Shown here in pieces: positions 1-9,054 of a stretch of 22,378 bases of DNA. The stretch is from the NCBI GenBank assembly GCA_046484865.1, contig JAWOID010000014.1, positions 1 to 22,378 of the forward strand, read 5' to 3'. The notes beneath the pieces are model-generated. The model searched no databases and was not told where the DNA came from. It saw nothing but the letters and a program-made list of their open reading frames with translations. The translations under genes were made by a program, and so were the position numbers. This stretch comes from Candidatus Krumholzibacteriia bacterium (GTDB lineage: Bacteria; Krumholzibacteriota; Krumholzibacteriia; LZORAL124-64-63). How positions within the stretch are numbered: position 1 is the stretch's first letter; every line of letters begins with the position of its first letter.

Positions 1-281
1 GCGATCTGGCTGTTGCACATCCCGCCGGTGACCTTGGTCATCAGCTGGGGGAGGATCTCGGGTTTCTTCAGCCAGTAGGTGGTGGCGAAGGTCTGTGAAC
101 TGAAGGTGACACCGCAGTCGAGGCAACGAAACCTGCGGATACGGGTGGGTTCGGCGACGCGGCGGTATGAGCCCATGCGCTTGAACCGCCAGCCCGGCTG
201 TAAGGGGTTGTGGTACTTGCAAGTAGGCGCAGGGCAGTGGGGAGGAGTCCAGCGGGGATGGTCGAGTTCATGGGTGTCCAT
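1..281 (-). mobile_element. 5' part of a putative IS1-like zinc-ribbon transposase gene, truncated by the window edge
   Basis: Manual translation from ATG at 281, open to the edge: MDTHELDHPRWTPPHCPAPTCKYHNPLQPGWRFKRMGSYRRVAEPTRIRRFRCLDCGVTFSSQTFATTYWLKKPEILPQLMTKVTGGMCNSQI. The CPxxxC...RFRCxxC...F zinc ribbon followed by the start of a probable HTH resembles the InsA-like N-terminus of IS1/IS1595-type transposases. The catalytic domain lies outside the window. Confidence 0.65.
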
Positions 282-330
282 GCCCGCCGGATTGCAGGAC
301 CGGGGCCGGAAACATTCTTCGTGGAATAAC

Positions 331-1518
331 TTAAGGAGAGGTCCGGAACGCCGAAGGCGCTGTCTTGGGCGCCAGCGCCGCCTCCACGCGAGAGAGTCCC
401 GCGAACAGCCAGGCCACCGACCAGCGCATGAACACCTGCCGGTTCTCGCCGCGAGCATGCAGCTGGTACTTGAACGCGCCGTCCGGAAGCGCCATCCGGT
501 CCAGGCACCAGGACGCCACCCGCGCGGCGCGGTCGAGTTCTCCGAAGCGGACCAGCGTCAGGAGCGCCTGTCCACACGCGGTGGCGTCCACCGGGAACGT
601 GGCGTGGGCGTAGTAGCGCGGGACGACCCCGTCGGCGAAGAAGTGGTCCAGGTAGTAGCGGAATCCGCGATCACGCGCCTCCTGCAGGCCTCGGTCGCCC
701 GTCAGCCGGATGACCTCGTCGAGGCTGTCGAGCACGTAGCCGGTGTGGAAGTGATCGACCCACCCGCGGTCGTCGCTGACGGAGTAGGGCCACGAGCCGT
801 TCGCACGCTGCCGTCCGGCCAGGAAGCGCGCTGCGGCCACCGCATCCTCGCCCGCGGCCGCCGGTGCGCCCAGCGTCCGGGCCTGGGCGCAGATGCGCGC
901 CCCTTTCCCGCTGGCGTTGAGGACGGCCTGCCGGTCGGTGGGCGAGTAGGACCAGCAGAACCCGTCGGGAAACTCCACCCGCTGCAGATCCTGGCGCACG
1001 AAGTCGGCGGCGCCGCGCACCAGCGAGGCCGCCCTCGGTGTCCGCCAGATCTCGTGGGCGGCCCACAGGCCGGCGGTCACGAAGCCGGTGGCGACGACGG
1101 TCGGGTGGCGGGCCGGTGTGGAAGCGAACCGGCCTTCCCAGGGGAAGTCGTACCCCCAGCAGGGGCCCGACCAGCCGGGCGTCGCCAGCCCGGCCAGCTC
1201 TGCCACCAGCCCCTCCGCCCGCTGCCTCCGCCGCGGCTCCCCCGCGGCACGGTCCCGGTCGGCGTAGGCCTGCAGACACAGGGCGAGCGTCACCGGGTTG
1301 CGACCCGGTCGGATCCCGAGCCATCGCCGCGGGTCGACGGGGCTGCGCTTGACCAGTTGCTGCCAGGCCCACCGGAGCCGCCGTCGTGACCTCAGGATCG
1401 GCCAGCCGCAGCACGGGGCCGTCAGGCCGTCGTACGGGTCCCAGCCGCGGTAGTCCCGGGCCAGGATGTACTCCTCGGTGCGGTCGAGGGCGCTGGCGAG
1501 CGTCAATCGGAAGTCCAT
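331..1518 (-). CDS. Uncharacterised polysaccharide-locus protein, probable (alpha/alpha)-barrel (395 aa)
   Basis: Real start is MDFRLTLA at 1518, overlapping the 3' end of the upstream oxidoreductase. Aromatic-rich motifs GWDPYDGL, WGYDFPW, WSYSPTD, QRANGSWPY, WVDHFHTGY and FMRWSVAW match conserved hypothetical proteins of capsule/EPS loci as I recall them. Function is not assignable. Confidence 0.75.
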   Translation of the reverse strand: MDFRLTLASALDRTEEYILARDYRGWDPYDGLTAPCCGWPILRSRRRLRWAWQQLVKRSPVDPRRWLGIRPGRNPVTLALCLQAYADRDRAAGEPRRRQRAEGLVAELAGLATPGWSGPCWGYDFPWEGRFASTPARHPTVVATGFVTAGLWAAHEIWRTPRAASLVRGAADFVRQDLQRVEFPDGFCWSYSPTDRQAVLNASGKGARICAQARTLGAPAAAGEDAVAAARFLAGRQRANGSWPYSVSDDRGWVDHFHTGYVLDSLDEVIRLTGDRGLQEARDRGFRYYLDHFFADGVVPRYYAHATFPVDATACGQALLTLVRFGELDRAARVASWCLDRMALPDGAFKYQLHARGENRQVFMRWSVAWLFAGLSRVEAALAPKTAPSAFRTSP

Positions 1519-3692
1519 GCCAGGTCCCGCAGATCGACCTCGAACGGCGTGCCGGCGCGAAGGCTCTCCACCGCCTGCAGGGTGGCGAGCGTCGTCAGCA
1601 GCTGGCTGGTGAGCGGGATCGGAGCGACTCCCGATCGCAGCCCCCCCACGAACGCCGCCACCTCCTCGGCCTGCCCCTTGCCCGGACACCGCACGCGCTT
1701 GCGCCCGCGGCTGCCGTGGAGATGGACCGTGGCGAAGTTGTCGAGGACGGCGCTGCGCCCGCTGCCATGCACTTCCAGCAGCTCCTTCGGCACCGAGCGC
1801 GCGCCCTGCGCCGTGTAGGCCACGGTGCCGACGCTCCCGTCCGAGAAACGGATCGTGAGCACGCAGTCGTCCTGCGGAGGCGCCTCCGGCGCTGCCACCA
1901 GCCGCTGCGCCGAAACCAGAACGGGTTCGGCGCCGGTCAGCGACTGCATGACGTCGACGAAGTGGCAGACCTCGCCCACCAGCCGGCCGCCGCCCAGCTC
2001 GGGATCCTGCGACCAGTGCTCCTGCGGCAAAGGGCCGGCACTGACGCGATAGACCATCATCAGCGGGCCCGGCTCGCTCCCGAAGTGCTTCCGCAGACGA
2101 CGCAAGCCGGGACTGAAGCGTCGATTGAAGCCGGTCTGCACCAGGGGCAGGCGGTCCTCGTCCGCGAGTCGCCGGGCGAGCGCAGCGATGCGCTCGAGGT
2201 CCTGGCGGGTGATGCAGAGCGGCTTCTCGACGAAGACGTGCTTGCCCCGCTCCAGGGCGGCCAGGACCAGAGGACCGTGCTGGTCGTGTCGCGTGGCGAT
2301 CAGCACGGCGTCCGTCTCGGGGTCGTCGAGGACGCCGGCCGCGCTGTCGACGGCGCGCGAGAAGCCGAATCGGCGCCCCGCGTCAACCGCACTCAGACCC
2401 GTACGCGTGAAGATCGCGGTCAGACGCACGCCGGCGCTTCGCCGCAGCGGCGGCAGCAGGAAGCTCTGCGCATACGATCCCGCTCCGATGCAGCCGATCC
2501 CGACCGTCTCCCGCGCCACCTTGGCGTCCGGCTTCAGGACCACGGTCGGCAGCGGGCTGGACTCCCCGGCTGGATAATCGAGCAGGATGCCGGCGAACGG
2601 CTCGGCGTGCCCGGAGATCAGCTCGTAGGCGCGCGGCGCCTCCGCGAACGGGAAGCGGTGCGTCACCAGGGCCAGCGGCCGGAGGCTGCCGGCGGCCATC
2701 ATGTCCAGGACCGCCTCGAGATTGCGGCCCTCGGTCCAGCGAACGAACCCCACCGGATAATCCAGGCCCTTCTCCTCGTAGTCCGGATCGTAGCGCCCCG
2801 GACCGTACGAGCAGGAGACCGAGAACTGCAGTTCCTTGGCGTAGTAGTCGTCGCGCGGGAGGTCCATGCCCACCGCACCGACCACGACCACGCGCCCGCG
2901 CTTGCGGCATACGCGTCCGGCCAGTTCCACGGGCTCGTTGCTCGAGGTGGCCGCACAGATCAGAACGATGTCGGCGCCCCGGCCGCGGCAGAACTCCTGG
3001 ATCGCGGCTTCCGCGGGATCGCCGCCGAGCCGGGCGGCCGCGTCGACACTGCCGGAGCGTCGCGCCAGTTCAAGGGCCGGCTCGGAGATGTCCGTTCCGA
3101 AGACCCGGCAGCCGGCCGACTTGAGCAACTGGGAGGCCAGGAGCCCGACTACCCCGAGTCCCACCACCACCGCGTTCTCGCCCAGGCTGGGCGAGGCGAG
3201 ACGCACGCCCTGCAGCGCGATCGCGCCGAGCGTGGTCAGCGCCGCCGCGTCGGCCGACACGCCGTCGGGCACCCGCGCCACCAGGTTGCGCGGTACCACC
3301 ACCTCGTCGGCGTGGTTGGCGTAGCCGCCGCCGGCGCATGCCACCAGGTCCCCCCGGCGGAGGCCGGTCACCCCGGGGCCCACCTCGCTCACCGTCCCGG
3401 CGAGGCTGTAGCCCAGCGGCTGCGCTCCCTCGAGCTTCGCCCGCACCTTCTGCAGGGCTCCGGCCACCCCTACCGAGCGACCCATCTCGATCACCTGGCG
3501 CACCTGATCCGGCCGAGCCAGGGCCTTCCCCACCAGGGACTTCTTGCCCGCGGTGATCTTGCCCCCCTCGGTCCCGGGACTGACGGCCGAATGAAGCGTC
3601 CGCACCCGGACGAACCCAGGCTCCAGCAGGGGCGACGGCGCCTCGGTCAGCGTCACCGCGCCGTCGCGTAACCTGAGGGCGAGGATCTTCAC
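1503..3692 (-). CDS. Bi-domain oxidoreductase (MDR/Zn-ADH-like N-domain plus Gfo/Idh/MocA C-domain)
   Basis: N-half has SAVSPGTE, PLGYS, Rossmann GLGVVG and SYGPGRYDPDYE. C-half has GCIGAGSYA, IATRHDQH, HVFVEKP, GFNRRFS and GEVCHFVD. The GTG start overlaps the wecB stop (GTGA). Confidence 0.92.
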   Translation of the reverse strand: MKILALRLRDGAVTLTEAPSPLLEPGFVRVRTLHSAVSPGTEGGKITAGKKSLVGKALARPDQVRQVIEMGRSVGVAGALQKVRAKLEGAQPLGYSLAGTVSEVGPGVTGLRRGDLVACAGGGYANHADEVVVPRNLVARVPDGVSADAAALTTLGAIALQGVRLASPSLGENAVVVGLGVVGLLASQLLKSAGCRVFGTDISEPALELARRSGSVDAAARLGGDPAEAAIQEFCRGRGADIVLICAATSSNEPVELAGRVCRKRGRVVVVGAVGMDLPRDDYYAKELQFSVSCSYGPGRYDPDYEEKGLDYPVGFVRWTEGRNLEAVLDMMAAGSLRPLALVTHRFPFAEAPRAYELISGHAEPFAGILLDYPAGESSPLPTVVLKPDAKVARETVGIGCIGAGSYAQSFLLPPLRRSAGVRLTAIFTRTGLSAVDAGRRFGFSRAVDSAAGVLDDPETDAVLIATRHDQHGPLVLAALERGKHVFVEKPLCITRQDLERIAALARRLADEDRLPLVQTGFNRRFSPGLRRLRKHFGSEPGPLMMVYRVSAGPLPQEHWSQDPELGGGRLVGEVCHFVDVMQSLTGAEPVLVSAQRLVAAPEAPPQDDCVLTIRFSDGSVGTVAYTAQGARSVPKELLEVHGSGRSAVLDNFATVHLHGSRGRKRVRCPGKGQAEEVAAFVGGLRSGVAPIPLTSQLLTTLATLQAVESLRAGTPFEVDLRDLAWTSD

Positions 3693-4804
3693 GCCCGTTC
3701 ACCTCCGCTGCCGGCGCAGTACCGGGCCACGATGTCCACGATCCGTTCGGCCGTGCGCCCGTCCCAGAGCTCGGGCACCCGGCCCTTCTTCCAGTGTCCG
3801 GCGATCGCCCTGCCCGCCAGGTCGGGCAGCGTCTCGAGCGTCGCCAGCTCGTTGGTCCCCTGCGTGATCGTCACCGGCCGCTCGGTGTTCGGTCGCAGGG
3901 TCAAACAGGGGATGCCGAGATAGGTGGTCTCCTCCTGGATCCCGCCCGAGTCGGTGATCACCAGTCGGGCATGCACCATCAGGTCGAGGAATTCGTCGTA
4001 ACCCAGCGGATCGCAGAGCCGGACCGGACCGCTGCCGTTTCCCCACCGTTCCCACAGGCCGTGCCCCTGCATGACCTTGCGCGTCCGGGGATGCACGGGG
4101 AAGAGCAGCGGGAAATCCAGGGCGCCCAGCACCTCGCAGAGCCTCCGCAGCCGGTCGGGTTCGTCCACGTTGGAGGGACGGTGCAGGGTCACCAGCCCGT
4201 AACCGCCGTCGCGCAGACCGTGGGCGACGTGGCGCTCGGAGCCCTTGATCCGGTCGAGAGCCTCGACCAGGCTGTCGATCATCACGTTGCCGACCCGGTG
4301 GATCCGCTCGGCCGGCACGCCCTCGGCCAGGAGGTTGGCGTCGCCGTCGACCGAGGGCGTGAACAGGAGATCGGCGATCGTGTCCGTCACCACCCGGTTC
4401 ACCTCCTCCGGCATGGTGCGGTCGCGGCTGCGCAGACCGGCCTCCACGTGACCGACCGGGATCTGCAGCTTGCGCGCGGCGAGGGTGGCCGCGAGCGTGG
4501 CGTTCACGTCCCCCACCACCAGCACCAGGTCGGGGTGCTCGGCGCGGCAGACCGCCTCGTACTTGACCAGCACGCCGGCGGTCTGCTCGGCGTGGCTGCC
4601 GCTCCCCACGCCCAGGTGCAGGTGCGGGCGCGGCAGCCCGAGGTCGGCGAAGAAGACGTCCGACATGTTCGCGTCATAGTGCTGGCCCGTGTGGATCAGT
4701 CGCGCGTCGAACTGCCCGTCGCGCCGCTGCATGGCTCGCCAGATGGGCGCCACCTTCATGAAATTCGGACGTGCGGCGGCGATGAGATGAATGCGTGGTG
4801 GCAT
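3689..4804 (-). CDS. wecB: UDP-N-acetylglucosamine 2-epimerase (non-hydrolysing)
   Basis: Motifs ARPNFMK, HTGQHYD, VVGDVNAT, HVEAGLRS, MPEEVNR, VTLHRPSNVD, TDSGGIQEE and TERPVT. Start placed at ATG 4804 with an AGGA RBS. Confidence 0.95.
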   Translation of the reverse strand: MPPRIHLIAAARPNFMKVAPIWRAMQRRDGQFDARLIHTGQHYDANMSDVFFADLGLPRPHLHLGVGSGSHAEQTAGVLVKYEAVCRAEHPDLVLVVGDVNATLAATLAARKLQIPVGHVEAGLRSRDRTMPEEVNRVVTDTIADLLFTPSVDGDANLLAEGVPAERIHRVGNVMIDSLVEALDRIKGSERHVAHGLRDGGYGLVTLHRPSNVDEPDRLRRLCEVLGALDFPLLFPVHPRTRKVMQGHGLWERWGNGSGPVRLCDPLGYDEFLDLMVHARLVITDSGGIQEETTYLGIPCLTLRPNTERPVTITQGTNELATLETLPDLAGRAIAGHWKKGRVPELWDGRTAERIVDIVARYCAGSGGERA

Positions 4805-4852
4805 GAGGTTGTTCCTGTCGTGTCGCTGCGAGTCGGGGTTGTGGCCCGCGGG

Positions 4853-4881
4853 AGTGTACTCCCCGGCGCCGGTGAAAGCAA
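4853..4881 (-). promoter_or_regulatory. Putative sigma70 promoter for wecB and the two downstream genes
   Basis: Minus strand reads TTGCTT-17 bp-TACACT in the 133-bp gap between the flippase and wecB. Confidence 0.55.
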
Positions 4882-4937
4882 CGAGCGCGGGAATCCGCCC
4901 GCGCGTCGCCCGGGCCGACGGCGGCGGCGCCGCCCGG

Positions 4938-6320
4938 TCAGCGCAGGGCCTCCTCGCTGCCGCGGCCGTCTTCCCCGGCAGCCGGCGGTCGACGCGTGGC
5001 ATCCGGATCCGAACGACCCCTGCGGAGCTTCTGCGCGAGACGCCGCCCTACCGTCCGGTAGTAGGCCAGGATCTCCCGGGGCGACACCAGGTACGGCAGC
5101 CGCTCGCCCGTGATCCGGTTGAGGGCCGCCTGGCATGCCAGGCGTCCGGCGATCTGGATGGCGGCCTGGCCCGCGATCACGCCGATCATGCCCCAGAGCT
5201 GCAGCATCCCCCAGAGGAGGAAGGGCGAGACGGCGAGTTGCGCCCCGTAGATCTTGAGGGTGACGTCGTTGCGATCGATGGCGCGCAGGACGAGCTGCGC
5301 ATTCCAGATCATGCTGAGCTTCATCAGGGTGTTGACGCGGAAGATCCCCACCGCGTCAGCATACTGCTCGGTGAAGAGCAGGATGACCAGCGGCTCCGCC
5401 AGCAGCGTCAGCACCACCACGAACGGCACCACGACGCCGAGCATCGCCGCCAGGATGTCGCGCCAGAGCCGGCGGATGGCGTCCCAGTCGCCGGCCTTCT
5501 CCAGCACGGCGAACCGGCCCAGCGCCACGGCGGCCAGCGACTGCAGGTAGGCCTGCACCACGGGCAGCTCGGTGATCCCCACCGAGTAGACGGCGAACGC
5601 CTCGACGCCCAGCCCCTTGCTGATGATCAGCGGATGGATGCGCAGGGAGAGCGACCAGGCGCTCCCGCCCAGCCCCAGCACGAGGCCGTAGCGGACCTGC
5701 GTCCAGATCCGGTAGAACGGCTGCGCCCCGCGCAGCCCGCCGAGCCGCAGGTGGATGTATCCCGCCATGAGCGCCAGGTGCAGCAGACGACCCGCCACCA
5801 TCGCCAGGATCACGGCCGGCACGCTCCGGGTCGTGAACGCCGCGGTGAGGGTGGCGGCGCTGACGAGCAGCTGCCCCCCGATCTCGAAGGCGGCCGACTG
5901 GCGGATGCGCTTGCGCGCGCAGAGATAGCAGTCCCCCGCGATCGTGAGCATCAGCGCCACGGTGTAGACCACCAGCTCGACGTAGTTCTCCACCAGCGGC
6001 ACCATGTTCAGCCAGGCCGCGAGCTCGTGCCGGAACGGCGTGACGAGGCCGAAGGCGAGGCCGTAGGCGGCGAAGTTCAGCAGGATCGTGTTGGCCAGGT
6101 AGCTGGGGGCGCGCCCCTCGTCGCGCGGCACGAAGTAGAACAGCGACTGGTTGATCCCGAACTGGAAGAGCGTGGCGATGGTCGCCTCGATCAGGAAGAA
6201 CTGGCGGTAGATGCCGTAATCGAGCTGGGTCAGGACGCGCACGAGGAAGATCGGCAGCAGGATGCGGATGGTGTATCCCGCGATCTTCGACGCGAAGATG
6301 TAGATCGACTGGCTCAGCAT
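4938..6320 (-). CDS. Wzx-type oligosaccharide flippase
   Basis: Many hydrophobic segments, N-terminal 'LLPIFLVRVLTQLDYGIY...FQFGINQSLFYF', and 'LVILLFTEQYADA' typical of polysaccharide flippases; sits in a sugar-biosynthesis cluster. Confidence 0.88.
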   Translation of the reverse strand: MLSQSIYIFASKIAGYTIRILLPIFLVRVLTQLDYGIYRQFFLIEATIATLFQFGINQSLFYFVPRDEGRAPSYLANTILLNFAAYGLAFGLVTPFRHELAAWLNMVPLVENYVELVVYTVALMLTIAGDCYLCARKRIRQSAAFEIGGQLLVSAATLTAAFTTRSVPAVILAMVAGRLLHLALMAGYIHLRLGGLRGAQPFYRIWTQVRYGLVLGLGGSAWSLSLRIHPLIISKGLGVEAFAVYSVGITELPVVQAYLQSLAAVALGRFAVLEKAGDWDAIRRLWRDILAAMLGVVVPFVVVLTLLAEPLVILLFTEQYADAVGIFRVNTLMKLSMIWNAQLVLRAIDRNDVTLKIYGAQLAVSPFLLWGMLQLWGMIGVIAGQAAIQIAGRLACQAALNRITGERLPYLVSPREILAYYRTVGRRLAQKLRRGRSDPDATRRPPAAGEDGRGSEEALR

Positions 6321-7504
6321 GCTCGACGCACACGTGCTGCGGCCAGCTCGGCGTAGATGGTGCCGAGCCTCTGGTCGAGCCGTTCGAAGGAGAAGCGCCG
6401 TTCCACCGTGCGTCGGGCGCCGGCACCGTGGAGCTGCCGCTGCCCGGGGTCGTCGAGCAGGCTGCCGATGGCCGCGGCCAGCGCCGCGGCGTCACCGGGC
6501 GGCACCACCAGCCCGGCCCCGCCCTCTTCCACCAGATCGCCGACGCCGGCGATCCGGGTGCACACCACCGGCAGTCCACTCGCCATCGCTTCCAGCAGGA
6601 CCAGCGGCAGCCCCTCCCAGCGGGAGGACAGGACGAAGACGTCCGCCGCCAGCATCTGCTGATCGAGATCGCCCAGGTTGCCGGGGAGAGTCACGACGTC
6701 CGCGAGTCCCAGTTCCTGCACCCGCCGCTCCAGGTCGCCTCGCAGCTCGCCCTCGCCGGCGATCACGAGCCGGAATCGGCGGCCGGAGCGGGCCAGCCCC
6801 GCGGCCGACGCCACCAGCGCGGCGAAGTCCTTCTGAGCGGTCAGGCGACCGGCCGCGAGCAGGAACGGCACCCCCGGCGGGATCCCGATTCGCTGCCGGA
6901 TCCGTTCGCGCCGGGAGGGGTCGGGGAGAGCGGGGAGGGCCACGGCGTTCTCGACGACCTCCAGTCGACGCGCGGCGGTCGCCTGGAGGCCGAGTTCGGC
7001 GAGCAGGGCGTCGCGGACCTCGCCGCTGACCGCGATCGTGGCGTCGCACCGCCGCAGGATGCGCCGGTAGGCGAGCCGACGCAACCGGCGGCGTACGGGA
7101 TGGTCCTGCTGCCCGTAGTCGAATTCCCGCGTGTTGTGGACCGTCGCCGCCACGGCGCACACGCGGCGCTCGGCCACCAGCAGGCCCCAGAAGTTCGCGC
7201 CCGGGAGATGCGTCTGCAGGACGTCCACACCGTCCTGGCGGAGCTGCTGGGCGAGCCGGCGGTAACCCGCCACAATCGACGCGGTGAACGGTCCCAGCGA
7301 CCTGACGGGCGCCCTGGCGATCCCGAGACGGCGCACCGCGACCGCCGCATCCACGCGGCTCGCGAGCGGTCCCTGCGCTTCGCCGAGGACGTACAGCAGC
7401 GCCCGGTCGCCCGCCAGCGCCCTCGCGTTGGCGATGCGCACCGCCAGTTGCTCCGCACCGCCGAACTCCAGGGTCTCCACCAGCTGCGCGACGGCGAGAG
7501 GCAT
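6314..7504 (-). CDS. Glycosyltransferase family 4 (GT-B fold)
   Basis: Start MPLAVAQLVETLEFGGAEQ at 7504. Motifs AGRLTAQKDF and DVFVLSSRWEGLPLVLLEAMASGLPVV (E-x7-E). Confidence 0.93.
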   Translation of the reverse strand: MPLAVAQLVETLEFGGAEQLAVRIANARALAGDRALLYVLGEAQGPLASRVDAAVAVRRLGIARAPVRSLGPFTASIVAGYRRLAQQLRQDGVDVLQTHLPGANFWGLLVAERRVCAVAATVHNTREFDYGQQDHPVRRRLRRLAYRRILRRCDATIAVSGEVRDALLAELGLQATAARRLEVVENAVALPALPDPSRRERIRQRIGIPPGVPFLLAAGRLTAQKDFAALVASAAGLARSGRRFRLVIAGEGELRGDLERRVQELGLADVVTLPGNLGDLDQQMLAADVFVLSSRWEGLPLVLLEAMASGLPVVCTRIAGVGDLVEEGGAGLVVPPGDAAALAAAIGSLLDDPGQRQLHGAGARRTVERRFSFERLDQRLGTIYAELAAARVRRAC

Positions 7505-7512
7505 GCCGGCTC

Positions 7513-9054
7513 CTAGCGGCTCTCGAGGTTCACGAGCTGCGTGTATGCAATCATACCCTCCGCTCTGAGACGGTCCTCGGTCCCTTGCGCCGTCTGCCGG
7601 TCCGTGAAGGGACCCACGTACACCCGGATCCATGGCTCGCCGTCGAGATCGGCCACCATCGTGAACGCCGGGTAGCCGTTCTTCGCCATGGCCGCGACGA
7701 GCGTTTCCGCGCGTTCCACGGTGCGAAACGAGGCGACGTGCACGGCGATCCTGGCCGCGGCGGCGACCGCGGGAGTCGGCTCCGCGGCAGCGGCAGCGGC
7801 GACGGCGGCCCCGGGCTCGCCCTGCTCGCCGCCGGAGGCGCTGCCCGCCGGGAGGGCCTCCGCCAGCATCGGCTCGAGCGGCGTCACCGGAGCGGTGTCG
7901 GCCCGACCGGTCTCCGGCTCGATCGTGCGCCGGACCGCGGGCCACTGCCACCAGATCACCGCCAGGAGGGCCAGGGCCAGCAACCCCAGCATCGCAGCGC
8001 GCACCAGACGCCGCCCGCCCGAGCGCTCCCGTTCGCGTGCGCGGTCGCCCTCGGCTGCGAAGTCCCGGTCCGGCAGTCCCACGACGGTCGCGACCGGGCC
8101 CGACCGCACCGCTCCGGCCGGGGGCGACGCACCGGCGCCGCCGAGTCCGCGCGGCCCGGTTGCCGAGGGGAATCCCGGAGGGGGCTCGGGAGCGGGTTTC
8201 GGCGTCGGTTCGGGGACACGCCTCGAGGCCGGCTCGGTCGACGGCTCGCCCTGATCGTTCACCGGCAGGTCGCTGGCACGGACGTGCTCGGCGTCCACCT
8301 GCGGCTTGCCGGCGACGTAGGCGGCGAGCAGCGCCCGTTCCGCGAGGATGTTGACCACCCGCGGTATGCCCTGGCTGTAGCGAGAGATCCGCTCCACGGC
8401 GCCCTTCGTGAAGAGCCGGCGATCGCAGCCCGCGACCCTGGTGCGGTGGTGGAGGTAAGCGTCCACCTCCTCGGCGGTCAGCGGCTCGAGGCGGTACCGG
8501 ACCCGGATCCTCTGGCTCAGCTGCGCCAGGTCAGGTGCCGCGATCATGCGCTCGAGCAGCGGCTGGCCGACCAGGACCAGCTGGAGCGATTGCTGCTCGG
8601 GCGGGGACAGGTTGAGCAGGAGCCGGACCGATTCCAGGGTGACCGGATCGAGGTTCTGCGCCTCGTCGATGATGAGCAGCACCTTGCGGCCGGCGCCGCG
8701 ACGCTCCTTGAGCTCGCGCTTGAGCCGCAGCAGCAGCTCGGGCACGTCGGGCTGTCCGGGCACGTCGCAGTCCAGCTCGAGCAAGATGTACTTGAGCAGC
8801 TCCGGGAACGTGAGCCTCGTCATGTTCACGAGGACCGGCTGCAGGGACCGCGAGAGCTGGGCGAGCAGGCTCTGCAGCGCCAGCGTCTTGCCGGTACCGA
8901 TACCTCCGCTGACGAGCACGATGTCCTCGGACTGCTCGATGCCGTAGACCAGGTGGGCCATGGCCTCGCCGAAGGCGCGGCTCTGGAACACGAAGGCCAG
9001 CCGCGGCGAGAGCGGGAACGGATCGGTGTGCATGCCGAAGTGCTGGTGGTACAT
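7513..9054 (-). CDS. ExeA/GspA-like AAA ATPase with a TM helix and C-terminal SPOR domain
   Basis: MYHQHFGMHTDPF start, Walker A GGIGTGKT, Walker B LLIIDEAQNL, LVLVGQP and GIPRVVN. Then a Pro-rich linker, TM segment (LGLLALALLAVIWW) and a SPOR-like 'VHVASFRTVERAE...WIRVYVGPF'. Confidence 0.88.
   Translation of the reverse strand: MYHQHFGMHTDPFPLSPRLAFVFQSRAFGEAMAHLVYGIEQSEDIVLVSGGIGTGKTLALQSLLAQLSRSLQPVLVNMTRLTFPELLKYILLELDCDVPGQPDVPELLLRLKRELKERRGAGRKVLLIIDEAQNLDPVTLESVRLLLNLSPPEQQSLQLVLVGQPLLERMIAAPDLAQLSQRIRVRYRLEPLTAEEVDAYLHHRTRVAGCDRRLFTKGAVERISRYSQGIPRVVNILAERALLAAYVAGKPQVDAEHVRASDLPVNDQGEPSTEPASRRVPEPTPKPAPEPPPGFPSATGPRGLGGAGASPPAGAVRSGPVATVVGLPDRDFAAEGDRARERERSGGRRLVRAAMLGLLALALLAVIWWQWPAVRRTIEPETGRADTAPVTPLEPMLAEALPAGSASGGEQGEPGAAVAAAAAAEPTPAVAAAARIAVHVASFRTVERAETLVAAMAKNGYPAFTMVADLDGEPWIRVYVGPFTDRQTAQGTEDRLRAEGMIAYTQLVNLESR

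Noticed and set aside
331..1518. Delta-aminolevulinic acid dehydratase or prenyltransferase call
   Set aside because: No HemB motifs are present. A single QxxxGSW repeat hints only at a helical-barrel fold, not at function.
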